Of a DNA stretch of 64,000 nt, positions 51,558 through 62,476 are shown piece by piece. The notes beneath the pieces were generated by a model. It was not told the origin of the DNA, made no database searches, and saw nothing but the letters and a program-made list of their open reading frames with translations. A program made the position numbers and the translations under genes. Each line of letters starts with the position of its first letter. The first letter of the stretch is position 1. Origin of the DNA: a bacterium (GTDB lineage Bacteria; Patescibacteriota; Saccharimonadia; Saccharimonadales; UBA4665); contig JAJZKE010000001.1 in assembly GCA_021809645.1 (NCBI GenBank), positions 47,245 through 111,244 on the forward strand. Reading direction: 5' to 3'.

Positions 51558-51847
51558 TCAATCATCCGTCCAACTCGTATGTATCGATCGTGCATTTTAG
51601 GGACTATTTTTAAAATATCATCTACTTGATATCCGTAATTTATTACTTTGTCAGGACGCCAAACATTTACTAGTCCGGTTACCTGATTAGTCGGTTCTAG
51701 GTCATCAGTTTCAACTTCGTTAAGTTGCTCAACGTAATTTAATATGCTAGATATTTCATTGATAAAGCTTTCAACTTCCTCATCACTTAGACTTAATCTA
51801 GCTAATTGAGCCAATTTTAATATATCATCATGTGATAAAATTGCCAT
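51554..51847 (-). CDS. gatC: Asp/Glu-tRNA amidotransferase subunit C
   Basis: LAQLARL, ILNYVEQL.EV, upstream of gatA. Confidence 0.93.
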   Translation of the reverse strand: MAILSHDDILKLAQLARLSLSDEEVESFINEISSILNYVEQLNEVETDDLEPTNQVTGLVNVWRPDKVINYGYQVDDILKIVPKMHDRYIRVGRMIE

Positions 51848-51892
51848 TTGTCATTTAGTATAACTCATGGGCTTACTTTAAAAAATGGTTGA

Positions 51893-53872
51893 TTAGTTGT
51901 TATTTTTATTCATTTTATTTTTTATCTGATCAATTAAATCTCGCAGCTCTGCAGCTTGTTCAAATTGCAAGTTAGCGGCAGCTAGTTCCATTTGTGAAGT
52001 TAAATCATTAATCAATAATTTATATTCTTCTTTTGGTATTTTATTAAGTTCAATTTTGGCTCTTTTTGCTTCTTCTGGTAAGTCTGGGCGTATACCTTTG
52101 TCGATCGACTTGGAAATGCCTTCAGGAGTAATATGATGTTCTTTATTATATTTATCTTGTAACGCTCGCCGTCTATTAGTTTTGTCGATGGTTTTATTCA
52201 TACTTTCAGTTAAATGATCAGCATACATCAACACTCTTCCTTGTTCATGCCGAGCAGCTCGGCCTACTGTCTGAATTAATGCTTGTTCGCTTCTTAAAAA
52301 TCCTTCTTTGTCGGCATCGAGGATAATTACTAAACTCACTTCTGGTAAATCTAATCCTTCTCTCAATAAATTAATACCGACTAAGACATCGTATACTCCG
52401 AGCCTTAAGTCACGTAATATATCGCTTCTATCTAAAGTATCAATGTCGCTATGTAAATATGATACTTTTATGCCTAGATCTTCTAGGTATTGCGCAAGAT
52501 CCTCGGCCATTCTTTTAGTTAATGTTGTAATCAGAACTCTTTGTTGCTTCTTGATTGTATCTTTTATCTCGCCTAATAAGTCATCAATTTGACCTTCTAT
52601 CGGTCTTACTTCTATTAGAGGATCAAGTATGCCAGTTGGCCTAATGAGTTGTTCGGCTGGTTTTGGACTTCTAGAAAGTTCGTATTGGCTGGGTGTAGCA
52701 CTAACATAAACAACTTTATTGATATGTCTTTCAAATTCATTGAAGGTTAGTGGTCGATTATCTAAAGCGCTCGGTAAGCGAAAGCCGTGTTCAACTAATA
52801 CCTCCTTGCGTGAACGGTCGCCATTATACATACCTCTAAGTTGAGGAATGGTCATATGACTTTCATCGATAACCATTAAAAAATCATCAGGAAAGTAATC
52901 TAATAAAGTAGCTGGCTGTTCTCCTGGTTGACGATTAGTTAAATACCGAGAATAGTTTTCAATACCTTTAACAAATCCTGTTTCGGTTAACATTTCTAAA
53001 TCGAAGTTTGTTCGTTGACTAAGCCTTTGTGCTTCGAGTAGCTTATTTTGATTATTAAGTTCGTTAAGTCTTTGATCGAGCTCTTTTTTTATTTGATTGA
53101 TTGCTTTTTTTAATTTTTCTTGGGGAGTAACGTAATGCGATCCAGGGAAGATTCGGTAACTTTCCAAATTAGCTAGTATTTCGCCGGTTAGAGGATCAAT
53201 GCGTGTTATCCGATCAATTTCTTCACCAAAAAAATCAATACGATAAGCATATTCTTCGCCAGCAGGATAAACATCAACGACATCACCCTTAACCCTAAAA
53301 GTACTTCTATGAAAATCAATATCATTACGTTGATATTGGATATCACTTAATTGTCTCAAAAATTTGTCTCTAACCCGTCTCTCTTTAACCCTTAAATTGA
53401 TCGATAAATCTGAATAATCATTGACTGATCCAATGCCATATATGCAACTAACGCTAGCCACAATAATAACGTCACGACGGCTCAATAAGGCATCTGTAGT
53501 TGCGTGCCTTAAACGATCAATTTCTTCATTTATCTGCGAATCTTTCTCAATATATGTGTCAGATCTTGGAATATATGCTTCTGGTTGATAATAGTCAAAG
53601 TAGCTAACAAAATAATGGACAGCATTATCCGGAAAAAATGTTTTAAATTCTGAATATAGTTGAGCGGCTAGGGTTTTATTATGGCTTAAAACTAATGTTG
53701 GTTTATTAATATTTTTTATGACGTTTGAGATAGTAAAAGTTTTACCGCTGCCGGTAACTCCTAATAGAGTCTGATGCTTAACATTGGCTAGTAAGCCTTC
53801 GGTTAATTGCTTAATTGCTTTAGGCTGATCGCCAGTTGGTTGGTAATCACTTTTTAACTTAAACGAATCCAT
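51893..53872 (-). CDS. uvrB: Excinuclease ABC subunit B
   Basis: [32 protein letters not shown] at 53872 preferred. Confidence 0.98.
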   Translation of the reverse strand: MDSFKLKSDYQPTGDQPKAIKQLTEGLLANVKHQTLLGVTGSGKTFTISNVIKNINKPTLVLSHNKTLAAQLYSEFKTFFPDNAVHYFVSYFDYYQPEAYIPRSDTYIEKDSQINEEIDRLRHATTDALLSRRDVIIVASVSCIYGIGSVNDYSDLSINLRVKERRVRDKFLRQLSDIQYQRNDIDFHRSTFRVKGDVVDVYPAGEEYAYRIDFFGEEIDRITRIDPLTGEILANLESYRIFPGSHYVTPQEKLKKAINQIKKELDQRLNELNNQNKLLEAQRLSQRTNFDLEMLTETGFVKGIENYSRYLTNRQPGEQPATLLDYFPDDFLMVIDESHMTIPQLRGMYNGDRSRKEVLVEHGFRLPSALDNRPLTFNEFERHINKVVYVSATPSQYELSRSPKPAEQLIRPTGILDPLIEVRPIEGQIDDLLGEIKDTIKKQQRVLITTLTKRMAEDLAQYLEDLGIKVSYLHSDIDTLDRSDILRDLRLGVYDVLVGINLLREGLDLPEVSLVIILDADKEGFLRSEQALIQTVGRAARHEQGRVLMYADHLTESMNKTIDKTNRRRALQDKYNKEHHITPEGISKSIDKGIRPDLPEEAKRAKIELNKIPKEEYKLLINDLTSQMELAAANLQFEQAAELRDLIDQIKNKMNKNNN

Positions 53873-53910
53873 GTCATATATTCTATATGACAACTGCTAG
53901 CTAATAAATT

Positions 53911-54477
53911 TTAGTTATATAAATTCAAGTATTTAGCGTTCACATCATCCAGATGCTTAGTTAACTGGCTAATTAAGTCATCAGCCGAATCACTAAAGCA
54001 AATCGGTATGTTATTGCGAATAGGTTTTGCTATGTCTAGTAAACGCTGAATTTCATCGCCTATACCGCCGGCGCCATGTAAAAAACCAATAGGCGTGTCA
54101 GTTTCTGCAGCAATCGTAAATTCGTGAAGCGTGCCTAACCGTCCACCAATGCTCAGTACTGCATCGCTTGATGTTATTAGTAAACTATCTCGACCAGCAT
54201 AATGTAACCCGGTATACAAAATTACATCATAGGCCTTTACCGGTAATCTGTATTTAATGACATGCTCAACTTTTGAGGCAGCCGGACTAATACCAAGACT
54301 CATCTTACCGCCTGCTTGCTTATATCCTTCAGCAGCGTAATTAGGAAGTCCTACGGTAGCACCAGTTAAAAGAGTATGTCCAGCTTTTGCTAAAGCTGCG
54401 CCTAATTGTTTAGCAAGGTGTTTACCTTCTTCGACGCTTTCACCACGAGCAGCGCCTGAAACAGAAAATTGATACAT
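53911..54477 (-). CDS. LOG/SLOG family protein
   Basis: TGA..G.P, GGRLGTLHE motif. Confidence 0.8.
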   Translation of the reverse strand: MYQFSVSGAARGESVEEGKHLAKQLGAALAKAGHTLLTGATVGLPNYAAEGYKQAGGKMSLGISPAASKVEHVIKYRLPVKAYDVILYTGLHYAGRDSLLITSSDAVLSIGGRLGTLHEFTIAAETDTPIGFLHGAGGIGDEIQRLLDIAKPIRNNIPICFSDSADDLISQLTKHLDDVNAKYLNLYN

Positions 54478-54500
54478 TGTTTTAAGTATAACTCTTATGA

Positions 54501-55742
54501 TTAATTAAATTCCAGTACTTCATTTTTTGACAACGTTACCTCCTTAAATAACCAGTTAATAATATGTTCTGGTTTTAGATACATTGATGTTAACTCCTGA
54601 CTTAGGGCATGTCTAAAGTGAGATATCTGACGTTTTTCATAAGTTAAATCATTAGATAAATTATGAGCTACGTCTAAGACATTTAATGAAGTAACCTCTG
54701 AAGAATTTAAATAACCTAGAAAATGACTGTCAAGCCAAAAGTTTAAGTCGCCTAAAATATTGGAAAAGTTTTGTCGTATATTTTCATATTTTAAATCTTC
54801 TTTTTGTAAATGTGGCAAATGAGCTAAATATTTGCTAACATTAGTTGCTGTTATTTTTTCAGTCACTTTCTTTAATTCTATTTGTTCGTTAAGCAGATTA
54901 ATTTCTGAATAAGGTTCATTACAGGTAATTTGATATAATTTTTTGCCGAGTTGGCCACTGACTTGATGAATCTTTAAATAACTAGAAACAGCTAAAATTA
55001 CTTCTATTTCCGATATTAAATTAATTAACATCGTAATAACACTTCCTGGTTTAGGATTATCATCAACGGGCAATATAATAATACTGGCTAACTCATAACA
55101 AGAGACTAAAGTTAAATCGGTACTTTCTTTTACATCGTTTAGTATAGTTGTCCATTTACTATTTGTTTTGGTAATAACAGTCAACGAGCGGCTTTCAAAA
55201 GAAGTATTGTCGAGCTTTTTATATTTAAAATAAAAGTTGTTTAAATACACTTCAGATTCAAAGATATTAATAGCCATTAATATTAACGGCATAGGTTCGT
55301 GTTTTAGCATTGAATCAATTGAGCGGTAATTTAATGCTTTCATTGCTTTTTTCGGCGGTAATTGTTTAAATATTCTTTTTAGCACGCTAGGCCTAACAGA
55401 TAAACATGATGTTTTTATATCTAGTAGTTTTATTAACTCTAAAAGGCCATCAAGAAAATTAGCTTCAGCATTAACTCTTGTTGCCGCTAATGTCCTTATA
55501 TTATTTATTATATTGACTTCGTCTCTTTTAAGCTTATGATTTAAAGCATAATATATTTCTTTGGCGGTAGTATCTCTTGGGTCAAGTTCTAGCTCTCTTA
55601 TTTTCTGATAGGTACTTTGAATAATTTGAGATGAAAGTCTAATATCGTTATTGGGGTGTCCACTACGTCTCTCAAGCGCCATTATTGATTGCTTGAATTT
55701 AGGATGATTTTGTCCGAGTAATTCGCCAAGATGTTGACTCAA
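54501..55742 (-). CDS. Hypothetical protein (413 aa)
   Basis: Long ORF, TTG start, no recognised motif. Confidence 0.7.
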   Translation of the reverse strand: MSQHLGELLGQNHPKFKQSIMALERRSGHPNNDIRLSSQIIQSTYQKIRELELDPRDTTAKEIYYALNHKLKRDEVNIINNIRTLAATRVNAEANFLDGLLELIKLLDIKTSCLSVRPSVLKRIFKQLPPKKAMKALNYRSIDSMLKHEPMPLILMAINIFESEVYLNNFYFKYKKLDNTSFESRSLTVITKTNSKWTTILNDVKESTDLTLVSCYELASIIILPVDDNPKPGSVITMLINLISEIEVILAVSSYLKIHQVSGQLGKKLYQITCNEPYSEINLLNEQIELKKVTEKITATNVSKYLAHLPHLQKEDLKYENIRQNFSNILGDLNFWLDSHFLGYLNSSEVTSLNVLDVAHNLSNDLTYEKRQISHFRHALSQELTSMYLKPEHIINWLFKEVTLSKNEVLEFN

Positions 55743-55814
55743 TTATGATAGAACCTTTCAGTATTTATTTTAGCTCTTAGACTATTTACTAATGGTATAT
55801 TAGCATAAATACTA

Positions 55815-56831
55815 TCAGTTGTTTAAATTGGAAGTATGATACCAATTAGGTGCTTTCCTTAAAAAAGATTGTAACTGGTATTCAGACAATAAACCCGCTT
55901 GAGCACCGACACTTTGGACAACACTCATCGAATTAATTGGTGCCCACATTAGAGCTCCTTCAATGTCTTGTCCTTTAGCCAAAGCTGCCACGAAAGTTGA
56001 AGCAAACGCATCACCAGCTCCTGTTCTATCTGTTGGTGGTGCTGGATCAGGATATAACGGCATCTTTAATCTCACAGATCCGTTTGAAGCATATGCTCCG
56101 CTAGGACCATCTGTAATAACTACCGTTCGAGGTCCAATTTCATGAAGTTTATCAAATAAATCGTTAATATCTTCGTGATTACCACCACCGACAATAACAG
56201 CTTCCTCTCTATTTAAAATCAGTACTTCGCATCTTTTATACAATCGATGTAAACGATGTACACCCGCCTCCATTTGAAAAGTACCTGGTTGGAAGGCAAA
56301 TTTAATATCTATATTATCATCCAGCCAGTCAGCAATCTGGTCATGATAATCCATGGCATGTTCACTAATTGAACTGAAATATACCCATCGTGGTAATTCT
56401 TTGGGAGTTATGTGAGGCCAATGATAATCATATTCCTCATGTTTAATTAAGATCGTTCGTTCGTCCTTGTACCAAAGAACATAATGATAATTGCTTTTCT
56501 TATTATGATTAATTTTTATAAAACGTGTATCGACTTCGTTTTCGTTAAGCGACTCGATCATGTCGCGACCATAACTATCATTACCGACGTTAGTTACAAA
56601 TGCACTATTTAAGCCCAGTCGAGCAAATGATACGGCGGCATTGGCGGCATTGCCTACCGCTTCTACAATTTGAACATGATCATAAGGTATTTTTGAACCA
56701 AACTCCATGGCAATTAAACGTTTATCATCTTTTTCGATGATTTGGGCTTGATCTTCGATAAGTTTTATAAAGGCATCAGTTACGATGTCACCGATACTTA
56801 TTACGTCTATTGAATCTGACAATTCTTCCAC
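55815..56831 (-). CDS. PfkB family carbohydrate kinase
   Basis: GNAANAAV..ARLG, NREEA, DRTGAGDAF. Confidence 0.93.
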   Translation of the reverse strand: MEELSDSIDVISIGDIVTDAFIKLIEDQAQIIEKDDKRLIAMEFGSKIPYDHVQIVEAVGNAANAAVSFARLGLNSAFVTNVGNDSYGRDMIESLNENEVDTRFIKINHNKKSNYHYVLWYKDERTILIKHEEYDYHWPHITPKELPRWVYFSSISEHAMDYHDQIADWLDDNIDIKFAFQPGTFQMEAGVHRLHRLYKRCEVLILNREEAVIVGGGNHEDINDLFDKLHEIGPRTVVITDGPSGAYASNGSVRLKMPLYPDPAPPTDRTGAGDAFASTFVAALAKGQDIEGALMWAPINSMSVVQSVGAQAGLLSEYQLQSFLRKAPNWYHTSNLNN

Positions 56832-56845
56832 CTTTTCTCTAATTT

Positions 56846-57772
56846 TTATATACTTAACGGATTAATTGATTTACCAGCAGAATTAAAATCTTCGATTTTG
56901 CTCTCAACAACTTCTTGGACAGACTTGACGACGTTTCGAGATATTAGCTTGGCTACTGAAAATTCATCGGGATTTTCCTTTAAGGCTTTCTCGATTGATG
57001 TCCGATAAGCAAATCTCATATCCGAGTTAATATTTATCTTGCTTACACCAATCTTAACTGCTTCTCGGAAATAATGGCCCGGGGTATCACTACCACCATG
57101 CAGTGATATATTGCAATCGATAGCTTCTCTAATACGTTTTAGTAATTCAAGATCAAGTATTTTAGGCACATTATATTTACCGTGTAAGTTACCGATGGCC
57201 GCTGCAAAAGTATCAATTCCCGTTGCATCAACGAATTGCTTAGCTCCTTCTGGAGTAGAAAAAGTCTTCTTTATTTCTTCATAATCTATTTCTTTGTCAA
57301 AAAAGTTAGATCCGCCGCCAAAGTAATGTGGTTCACTTTCTACCGATGCTCCAGTTAGTTTTGCATAGGCGACGACTTCTTTGGTAGCCTCAATAATTTC
57401 TTCATCTGAAGCTTCATGATTAGCTTGAGATACATCGATATGAATAAACTCAAAACCGGCCTCAATACCTCTTTTGGCAGCATCAACACTAGGGCTGTGG
57501 TCTAAATTAACATATATTTCGATTCCGTAATTGTACTTAAAGTTATCAACTAAATCTCTAACGTTATCAAGACCGATATCATCTACTTCTCCTTGGCTAA
57601 CCTCAACTAGTACCGGTGCTTTTTTGTTGGCAGCAGCCTGACAGACAGCTTTTAGTGTCGGTTCATCGTCTAAATTAAATGCACCGAAAGCCCAATGTTC
57701 TTGACGGGCCTGTTGCATTCTTTGGCGTGCTCTTTGGCAATTCCTTCTTATTTGAGGTAATGTTAGCGGCAT
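56846..57772 (-). CDS. fba: Class II fructose-bisphosphate aldolase
   Basis: GAFN, LDH, IGNLHG, LHGGS, KINI. Confidence 0.92.
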   Translation of the reverse strand: MPLTLPQIRRNCQRARQRMQQARQEHWAFGAFNLDDEPTLKAVCQAAANKKAPVLVEVSQGEVDDIGLDNVRDLVDNFKYNYGIEIYVNLDHSPSVDAAKRGIEAGFEFIHIDVSQANHEASDEEIIEATKEVVAYAKLTGASVESEPHYFGGGSNFFDKEIDYEEIKKTFSTPEGAKQFVDATGIDTFAAAIGNLHGKYNVPKILDLELLKRIREAIDCNISLHGGSDTPGHYFREAVKIGVSKININSDMRFAYRTSIEKALKENPDEFSVAKLISRNVVKSVQEVVESKIEDFNSAGKSINPLSI

Positions 57773-57778
57773 ATAGTT

Positions 57779-58768
57779 CTATTGTAACTGTTTATGCTTT
57801 TTAATTTCAAGAATATTATGAGCAGCTAAGACAATATGTTTTGCATCAAGACCAAAAAAGTTAATTAACTCATCCATCTCGCCAGATTCTCCAAATCTAT
57901 CGAGCATACCTATTCGTCTCATTGGCGTCGGTAACTCTTCGGCCAATAACTCAGCAATTGCACCTCCAAAACCACCGATTATTTGGCCTTCTTCGACGGT
58001 TATTACTAAACGTGTCTTTTGAGCGCTCTTTAAAATTGTTTCTCGATCTAGAGGCTTAATAGTAGGAACATGAATTACTTCGGCATTAATACCATCTTTA
58101 GCTAAAATTTCGGCAGCTATCAAGGCTTGATAGGTCATTGTTCCAGTTGCCATTAAGCTAATATCAACACCTTGCCGATAAATATATGCTGGTCCAATTT
58201 CAAAAGGAGTTTCGATAGTCGTAATTATCGGTATAGCTTCACGAGCTAAACGCATATAGTTAGGTCGATCGTTTTTAGCCATTGCTAAAGTAATTTTTTT
58301 AGCTTCAACAGAATCAGCCGGAGCAAGGACGATCATATTCGGTAATACTCTCATTAGAGCAATATCTTCTAGCATCTGGTGAGTTGCGCCATCTGGACCA
58401 ACGCTAACACCAGTATGTGAACCGATAATTTTTACTGGCTGATTATTAAGACAGATTGTAGTTCTAATCTGCTCCCAATTTCTTCCTGGACTAAACGCTG
58501 CGTAGCTTGAAACAAATGGTATTTTACCGGCAGCTGCAAGACCACTGCCGACTGTTACTAGATTTTGTTCAGCTACGCCAATCTCGATAAATCGATCTGG
58601 ATATTTCTCTTGGAACATATACATTTGAGTAGATTCGGTAAGGTCAGCACAAGCTGCAACAACATTTACATCTTGGTCACCAGCCTCTACTAAACCAAGG
58701 CCGAATCCTTTACGGTTCGGTTCGGTTATCGGTTTCTTGCTATAGTCAGCTAAATTGTAGTCGGTCAT
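57779..58768 (-). CDS. Transketolase, C-terminal subunit
   Basis: GVAEQN, GPDGATHQ, IKPLD. Confidence 0.93.
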   Translation of the reverse strand: MTDYNLADYSKKPITEPNRKGFGLGLVEAGDQDVNVVAACADLTESTQMYMFQEKYPDRFIEIGVAEQNLVTVGSGLAAAGKIPFVSSYAAFSPGRNWEQIRTTICLNNQPVKIIGSHTGVSVGPDGATHQMLEDIALMRVLPNMIVLAPADSVEAKKITLAMAKNDRPNYMRLAREAIPIITTIETPFEIGPAYIYRQGVDISLMATGTMTYQALIAAEILAKDGINAEVIHVPTIKPLDRETILKSAQKTRLVITVEEGQIIGGFGGAIAELLAEELPTPMRRIGMLDRFGESGEMDELINFFGLDAKHIVLAAHNILEIKKHKQLQ

Positions 58769-59619
58769 TGATGCTCGCTCCTTATTCGTCCACCTAAGGT
58801 CCTTAGTTCATTTAAGGCTTCTTTCGCTTGTTTTGGATTTGGAGCTCCGCTATGCCAATGAAAATCATATTCCATGAAGTCGACGCCTTTTCCAGGTACC
58901 GTATAGGCAATAATCATAACTGGCTGTTCGGTAACAGCTTTAGCCATTGAACAGGCATCAATAAATGATTCGATGTTATTACCATCAACTTCAATGACAT
59001 GCCAGCCAAATGATCGCCACTTTGCTCTAACATCCTCAATCGGCATGACCTGTTCGGTTGGACCATCTATTTGGATATCGTTTCGGTCTAAAATGGCAAT
59101 TAGATTAGATAGTTTATATTTGCTAGCTAACATAGCAGCTTCCCAAACGTTTCCTTCGTCAGTTTCACCATCTCCCATAACAACGTATACCCAGCGATGA
59201 TTAACCTTATCCATCTTATGGGCTAAGGCAATACCACAGCCCTGTGATAAACCACAACCCAATGGTCCTGATGTTGATTCTAGACCTGGCAGGCGAAGCC
59301 TCTCCGGATGTCCTTGAAGACGACTACCAAACTTTCTTAACGTCTTTAATTCGTTTTTAGGAAAATATCCAGCTTCAGCCATTGCTGCATATCTAACAGG
59401 CACACAATGACCATTGCTTAATAATAATATGTCTCGTTCTGGCCAGTCGGGATTTTTCGGATCATTATTTAAAATATCAAAATATAGTGCACTAAAAATA
59501 TCAGCTAATCCAAGAGGGCCGGCTCCATGACCACTGCCAGCTTCAACTAACATATCAATAATATCTTCTCTAATATCATTAGCTATCTCTTGTAATCGTT
59601 CAATTGGTAATTTTTGCAT
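58765..59619 (-). CDS. Transketolase, N-terminal subunit
   Basis: GSGH, LSNGH, LQGHP, TPP motif GDGE.DEG..WEA. Confidence 0.94.
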   Translation of the reverse strand: MQKLPIERLQEIANDIREDIIDMLVEAGSGHGAGPLGLADIFSALYFDILNNDPKNPDWPERDILLLSNGHCVPVRYAAMAEAGYFPKNELKTLRKFGSRLQGHPERLRLPGLESTSGPLGCGLSQGCGIALAHKMDKVNHRWVYVVMGDGETDEGNVWEAAMLASKYKLSNLIAILDRNDIQIDGPTEQVMPIEDVRAKWRSFGWHVIEVDGNNIESFIDACSMAKAVTEQPVMIIAYTVPGKGVDFMEYDFHWHSGAPNPKQAKEALNELRTLGGRIRSEHQ

Positions 59620-60256
59620 CGTCTATATTTTCTAAGCTTTCTATTATTTTATCATAAGCGAGATGGGGGTTATCGCTGTCTTGAATAAAACCACCAACAT
59701 TTAAAACATCGATGCCACTGTCAACCAATACACTCGCATTCTGATCATTAATACCACCATCCCATGCTATCTCTATTGAGTTTGACAGATTCTTGATTTG
59801 AGGTACTTTTTCTAGCAACGTTAAATCTGTCTGCCCTCCCTGATAACCTAAATGTCCACTAAATATCAAAATCTGATCAAAATAACTAATAATATCTTTA
59901 AGACTATCGATACTAATTGATTGCAGTACGGCTAATCCAGTCTTGATGCCCGCTAGACGAAGATCGTTTGTAAACTGACTAATATTAGCTCTAACTTGGG
60001 GATGGATAATAACCATATTGGGCTTTAAATCGATTATTTTTTTTAAGACTTTTTTGGGATTCATATACATTAAATGAATATCGGCTAAAACATTTCCCGG
60101 CCAATATATCTGATCTATATCTGGAGACTTTGAGGGAGCTAATTTACCGTCCATCAGGTCAATATGAATTTGGCTGGCAAATTCTTTAATATTATCAATT
60201 TGTCGAGAGTATTCGACCATATTAGTTGCCGTAACCGTTGGACAAACGATGGCCAT
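59600..60256 (-). CDS. rpe: Ribulose-phosphate 3-epimerase
   Basis: HIDLMDG, DIHLM, G..GG, DGGI. Confidence 0.92.
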   Translation of the reverse strand: MAIVCPTVTATNMVEYSRQIDNIKEFASQIHIDLMDGKLAPSKSPDIDQIYWPGNVLADIHLMYMNPKKVLKKIIDLKPNMVIIHPQVRANISQFTNDLRLAGIKTGLAVLQSISIDSLKDIISYFDQILIFSGHLGYQGGQTDLTLLEKVPQIKNLSNSIEIAWDGGINDQNASVLVDSGIDVLNVGGFIQDSDNPHLAYDKIIESLENIDDAKITN

Positions 60257-60258
60257 AT

Positions 60259-60699
60259 TTAACCTATACGGTCGAGCTCCTCGATACGTCTAATAAATCG
60301 GTCGGCATGCTCAAACGGTGTCGATAGCCACAATTGAATAATCTTTTCCATTTCACGCCAATTTGTTTTTTTAGCACTTAAGCACAGTACATTACTATCA
60401 TCATCGTTTCTAGACAAGAAAGCTTCATCAATATCCCAACAAATACTAGCCCTAATACCTTTAAATCTATTAGCTGCCATAACCATACCTTGGCCACTGC
60501 CACAGATTAATATGCCCCTGGAACCTTTATCGTTAAGTACGTGTTTAGCAACATCAGCGGCATATACCGGAAAATCATCTTCTCTATCTAGCTGACGATC
60601 ACCTTCATCAATGACTTGATGCCCTAAACTCTTTAAAAGGTCAGCTGTTCGATTTTTATCTTCAAATCCATTATGATCTGCGCCAATATATATATTCAT
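60259..60699 (-). CDS. rpiB: Ribose-5-phosphate isomerase B
   Basis: GADHNG, LICGSGQG, ANRFKGIRA. Confidence 0.94.
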   Translation of the reverse strand: MNIYIGADHNGFEDKNRTADLLKSLGHQVIDEGDRQLDREDDFPVYAADVAKHVLNDKGSRGILICGSGQGMVMAANRFKGIRASICWDIDEAFLSRNDDDSNVLCLSAKKTNWREMEKIIQLWLSTPFEHADRFIRRIEELDRIG

Positions 60700-61742
60700 T
60701 ATTCGTGATTATGTTCGTTATTTTGATGAAGCACGCGGCCACTATCAGCCACGACTTCAACAAGTCTGTTTGAATACCCCCACTCGTTATCATACCAAGC
60801 AACAACTTTTAGCATATTGCCGGCTATAACTGCTGTTAGTTTCAAATCAACGATTGCTGAATGGCTATTGCCGATATAGTCAGTACTAACTAGCTCCTCC
60901 TCGGTAACATCTAAGATACCTTGATAAAACGGCTCATTAGCAGCTTTTTTAAAGGCTTCATTTACCTCGTCAACAGTAACATCTCGTTTAGTTAGGATTA
61001 CAAAATCTGCTAGCGATACTACAGGCGTAGGTACTCTGACTTCAAAGCCACCAAAAATATTATTTAAAGCAGGTAGAGCCTTTGAAGCAGCGATTGATGC
61101 TCCAGTTGTTGTAGGCGTAATATTCTGTGCTCCAGCTCGGTCTTCTCTAAGGTTCTTTCCCGGACCATCTTGGAGATGCTGAGAAGCTGTATAACTATGG
61201 ATAGTAGTCATCATCAGCTTTTCTATACCAAACGAAGATTCGATCACGCCAGCTACTGGTGTAATACAGTTAGTCGTACATGATGCGTTAGATATAACAT
61301 CATGATCTTCCTGAAGTTTGTCGTCATTAACACCTAAAACAACAGTTAAAGCGCTATCGGCGCTTTCCCCTTTAGCCGGAGCACTGATAACTACCTTCTT
61401 AGCGCCGGCCTGAATATGAGTTCGAGCTTTATCTGGTTCGACAAAAAAACCTGTAGATTCGATAACAATATCAATATCTAAGTCTTTCCATGGCAAAGCA
61501 GTTGGATCTTTTTCAGCTAAAACTTTAATGTGCCGGTCATCAACAATAATATTTTGATCGTCATATCCTACTTCTTGGTCATAAGTTCCATAATTACTAT
61601 CATGTTTTAATAGATAAGCCAATGTCGCAGTATCAGTTAAATCATTGATTGCTACGACTTCTAAGTCACTTCTTGAAAAAGCAATTTTAAATGCGTTGCG
61701 ACCTATTCGGCCAAATCCATTAATAGCTACTCTTGTTTTCAT
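60699..61742 (-). CDS. gap: Glyceraldehyde-3-phosphate dehydrogenase type I
   Basis: GFGRIGR, NASCTTNC, WYDNEWGYS. Confidence 0.98.
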   Translation of the reverse strand: MKTRVAINGFGRIGRNAFKIAFSRSDLEVVAINDLTDTATLAYLLKHDSNYGTYDQEVGYDDQNIIVDDRHIKVLAEKDPTALPWKDLDIDIVIESTGFFVEPDKARTHIQAGAKKVVISAPAKGESADSALTVVLGVNDDKLQEDHDVISNASCTTNCITPVAGVIESSFGIEKLMMTTIHSYTASQHLQDGPGKNLREDRAGAQNITPTTTGASIAASKALPALNNIFGGFEVRVPTPVVSLADFVILTKRDVTVDEVNEAFKKAANEPFYQGILDVTEEELVSTDYIGNSHSAIVDLKLTAVIAGNMLKVVAWYDNEWGYSNRLVEVVADSGRVLHQNNEHNHE

Positions 61743-61855
61743 TTTTTTCCTTGTTTATGTTTATCCTTATTTATTGTAAAACGTCTGTAAACAATATGCC
61801 AAACGTCCTTGTCTTTTTTTTTAGATTATAGAAGTTAGTACACAGGTTGTATTAT

Positions 61856-62392
61856 TTACGACTGTGATTTGTATCGAACAATCGAATCGTTAATAACCTT
61901 TTTGGCATCTTCTTCACTGCCCCAACCATTGAAGGTTACTGAGCTACCTTTCCAGTCATTCTTCCATGATTTGTATTGACTGTAGAAGTGCTCAATCATA
62001 GGCTTAAAATTGGCTCCTAAGTCATCAACAGATTTTATATGTCTTTTGGTTACATCGTTTATTGGCAAACAAATTAACTTTTCATCATTATCACCGTCAT
62101 CAACCATATAAAGAACACCAATAGGTCGACAACTAACTACCACTCCTCGAGGTAAAGGTTCGTCAATAATCACTAGCGCATCTACTGGATCACCGTCCTG
62201 ACATAAGGTATTTGGCACATAGCCATAGTCAGCTGGATATCCCATCGACGTAGCGTTAACTCGATCAAGCTTAAGATAGCCTGTTTCTTTATCCATTTCA
62301 TACTTATTATGATCACCACGTTGAATTTCAATAAGAACGTTTATTTCTGCTGGTGGATTATCACCTACCCCAAGAGGTTTATAGTCAGACAT
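61856..62392 (-). CDS. ppa: Family I inorganic pyrophosphatase
   Basis: KYE.DK, YG..P.TL..DGDPVD, D.KL. Confidence 0.94.
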   Translation of the reverse strand: MSDYKPLGVGDNPPAEINVLIEIQRGDHNKYEMDKETGYLKLDRVNATSMGYPADYGYVPNTLCQDGDPVDALVIIDEPLPRGVVVSCRPIGVLYMVDDGDNDEKLICLPINDVTKRHIKSVDDLGANFKPMIEHFYSQYKSWKNDWKGSSVTFNGWGSEEDAKKVINDSIVRYKSQS

Positions 62393-62476
62393 TATTTTTC
62401 TCCTTTTACCTTTATTTTAAGATATAATAAATTTTAAATACTTGCTAGTTTCAATTCTAAGTGATTAGATTTTACA

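Noticed and set aside
61743..61855. AAACGTC direct repeat and weak hairpin upstream of gap
   Set aside because: Too short and AT-rich to distinguish from background
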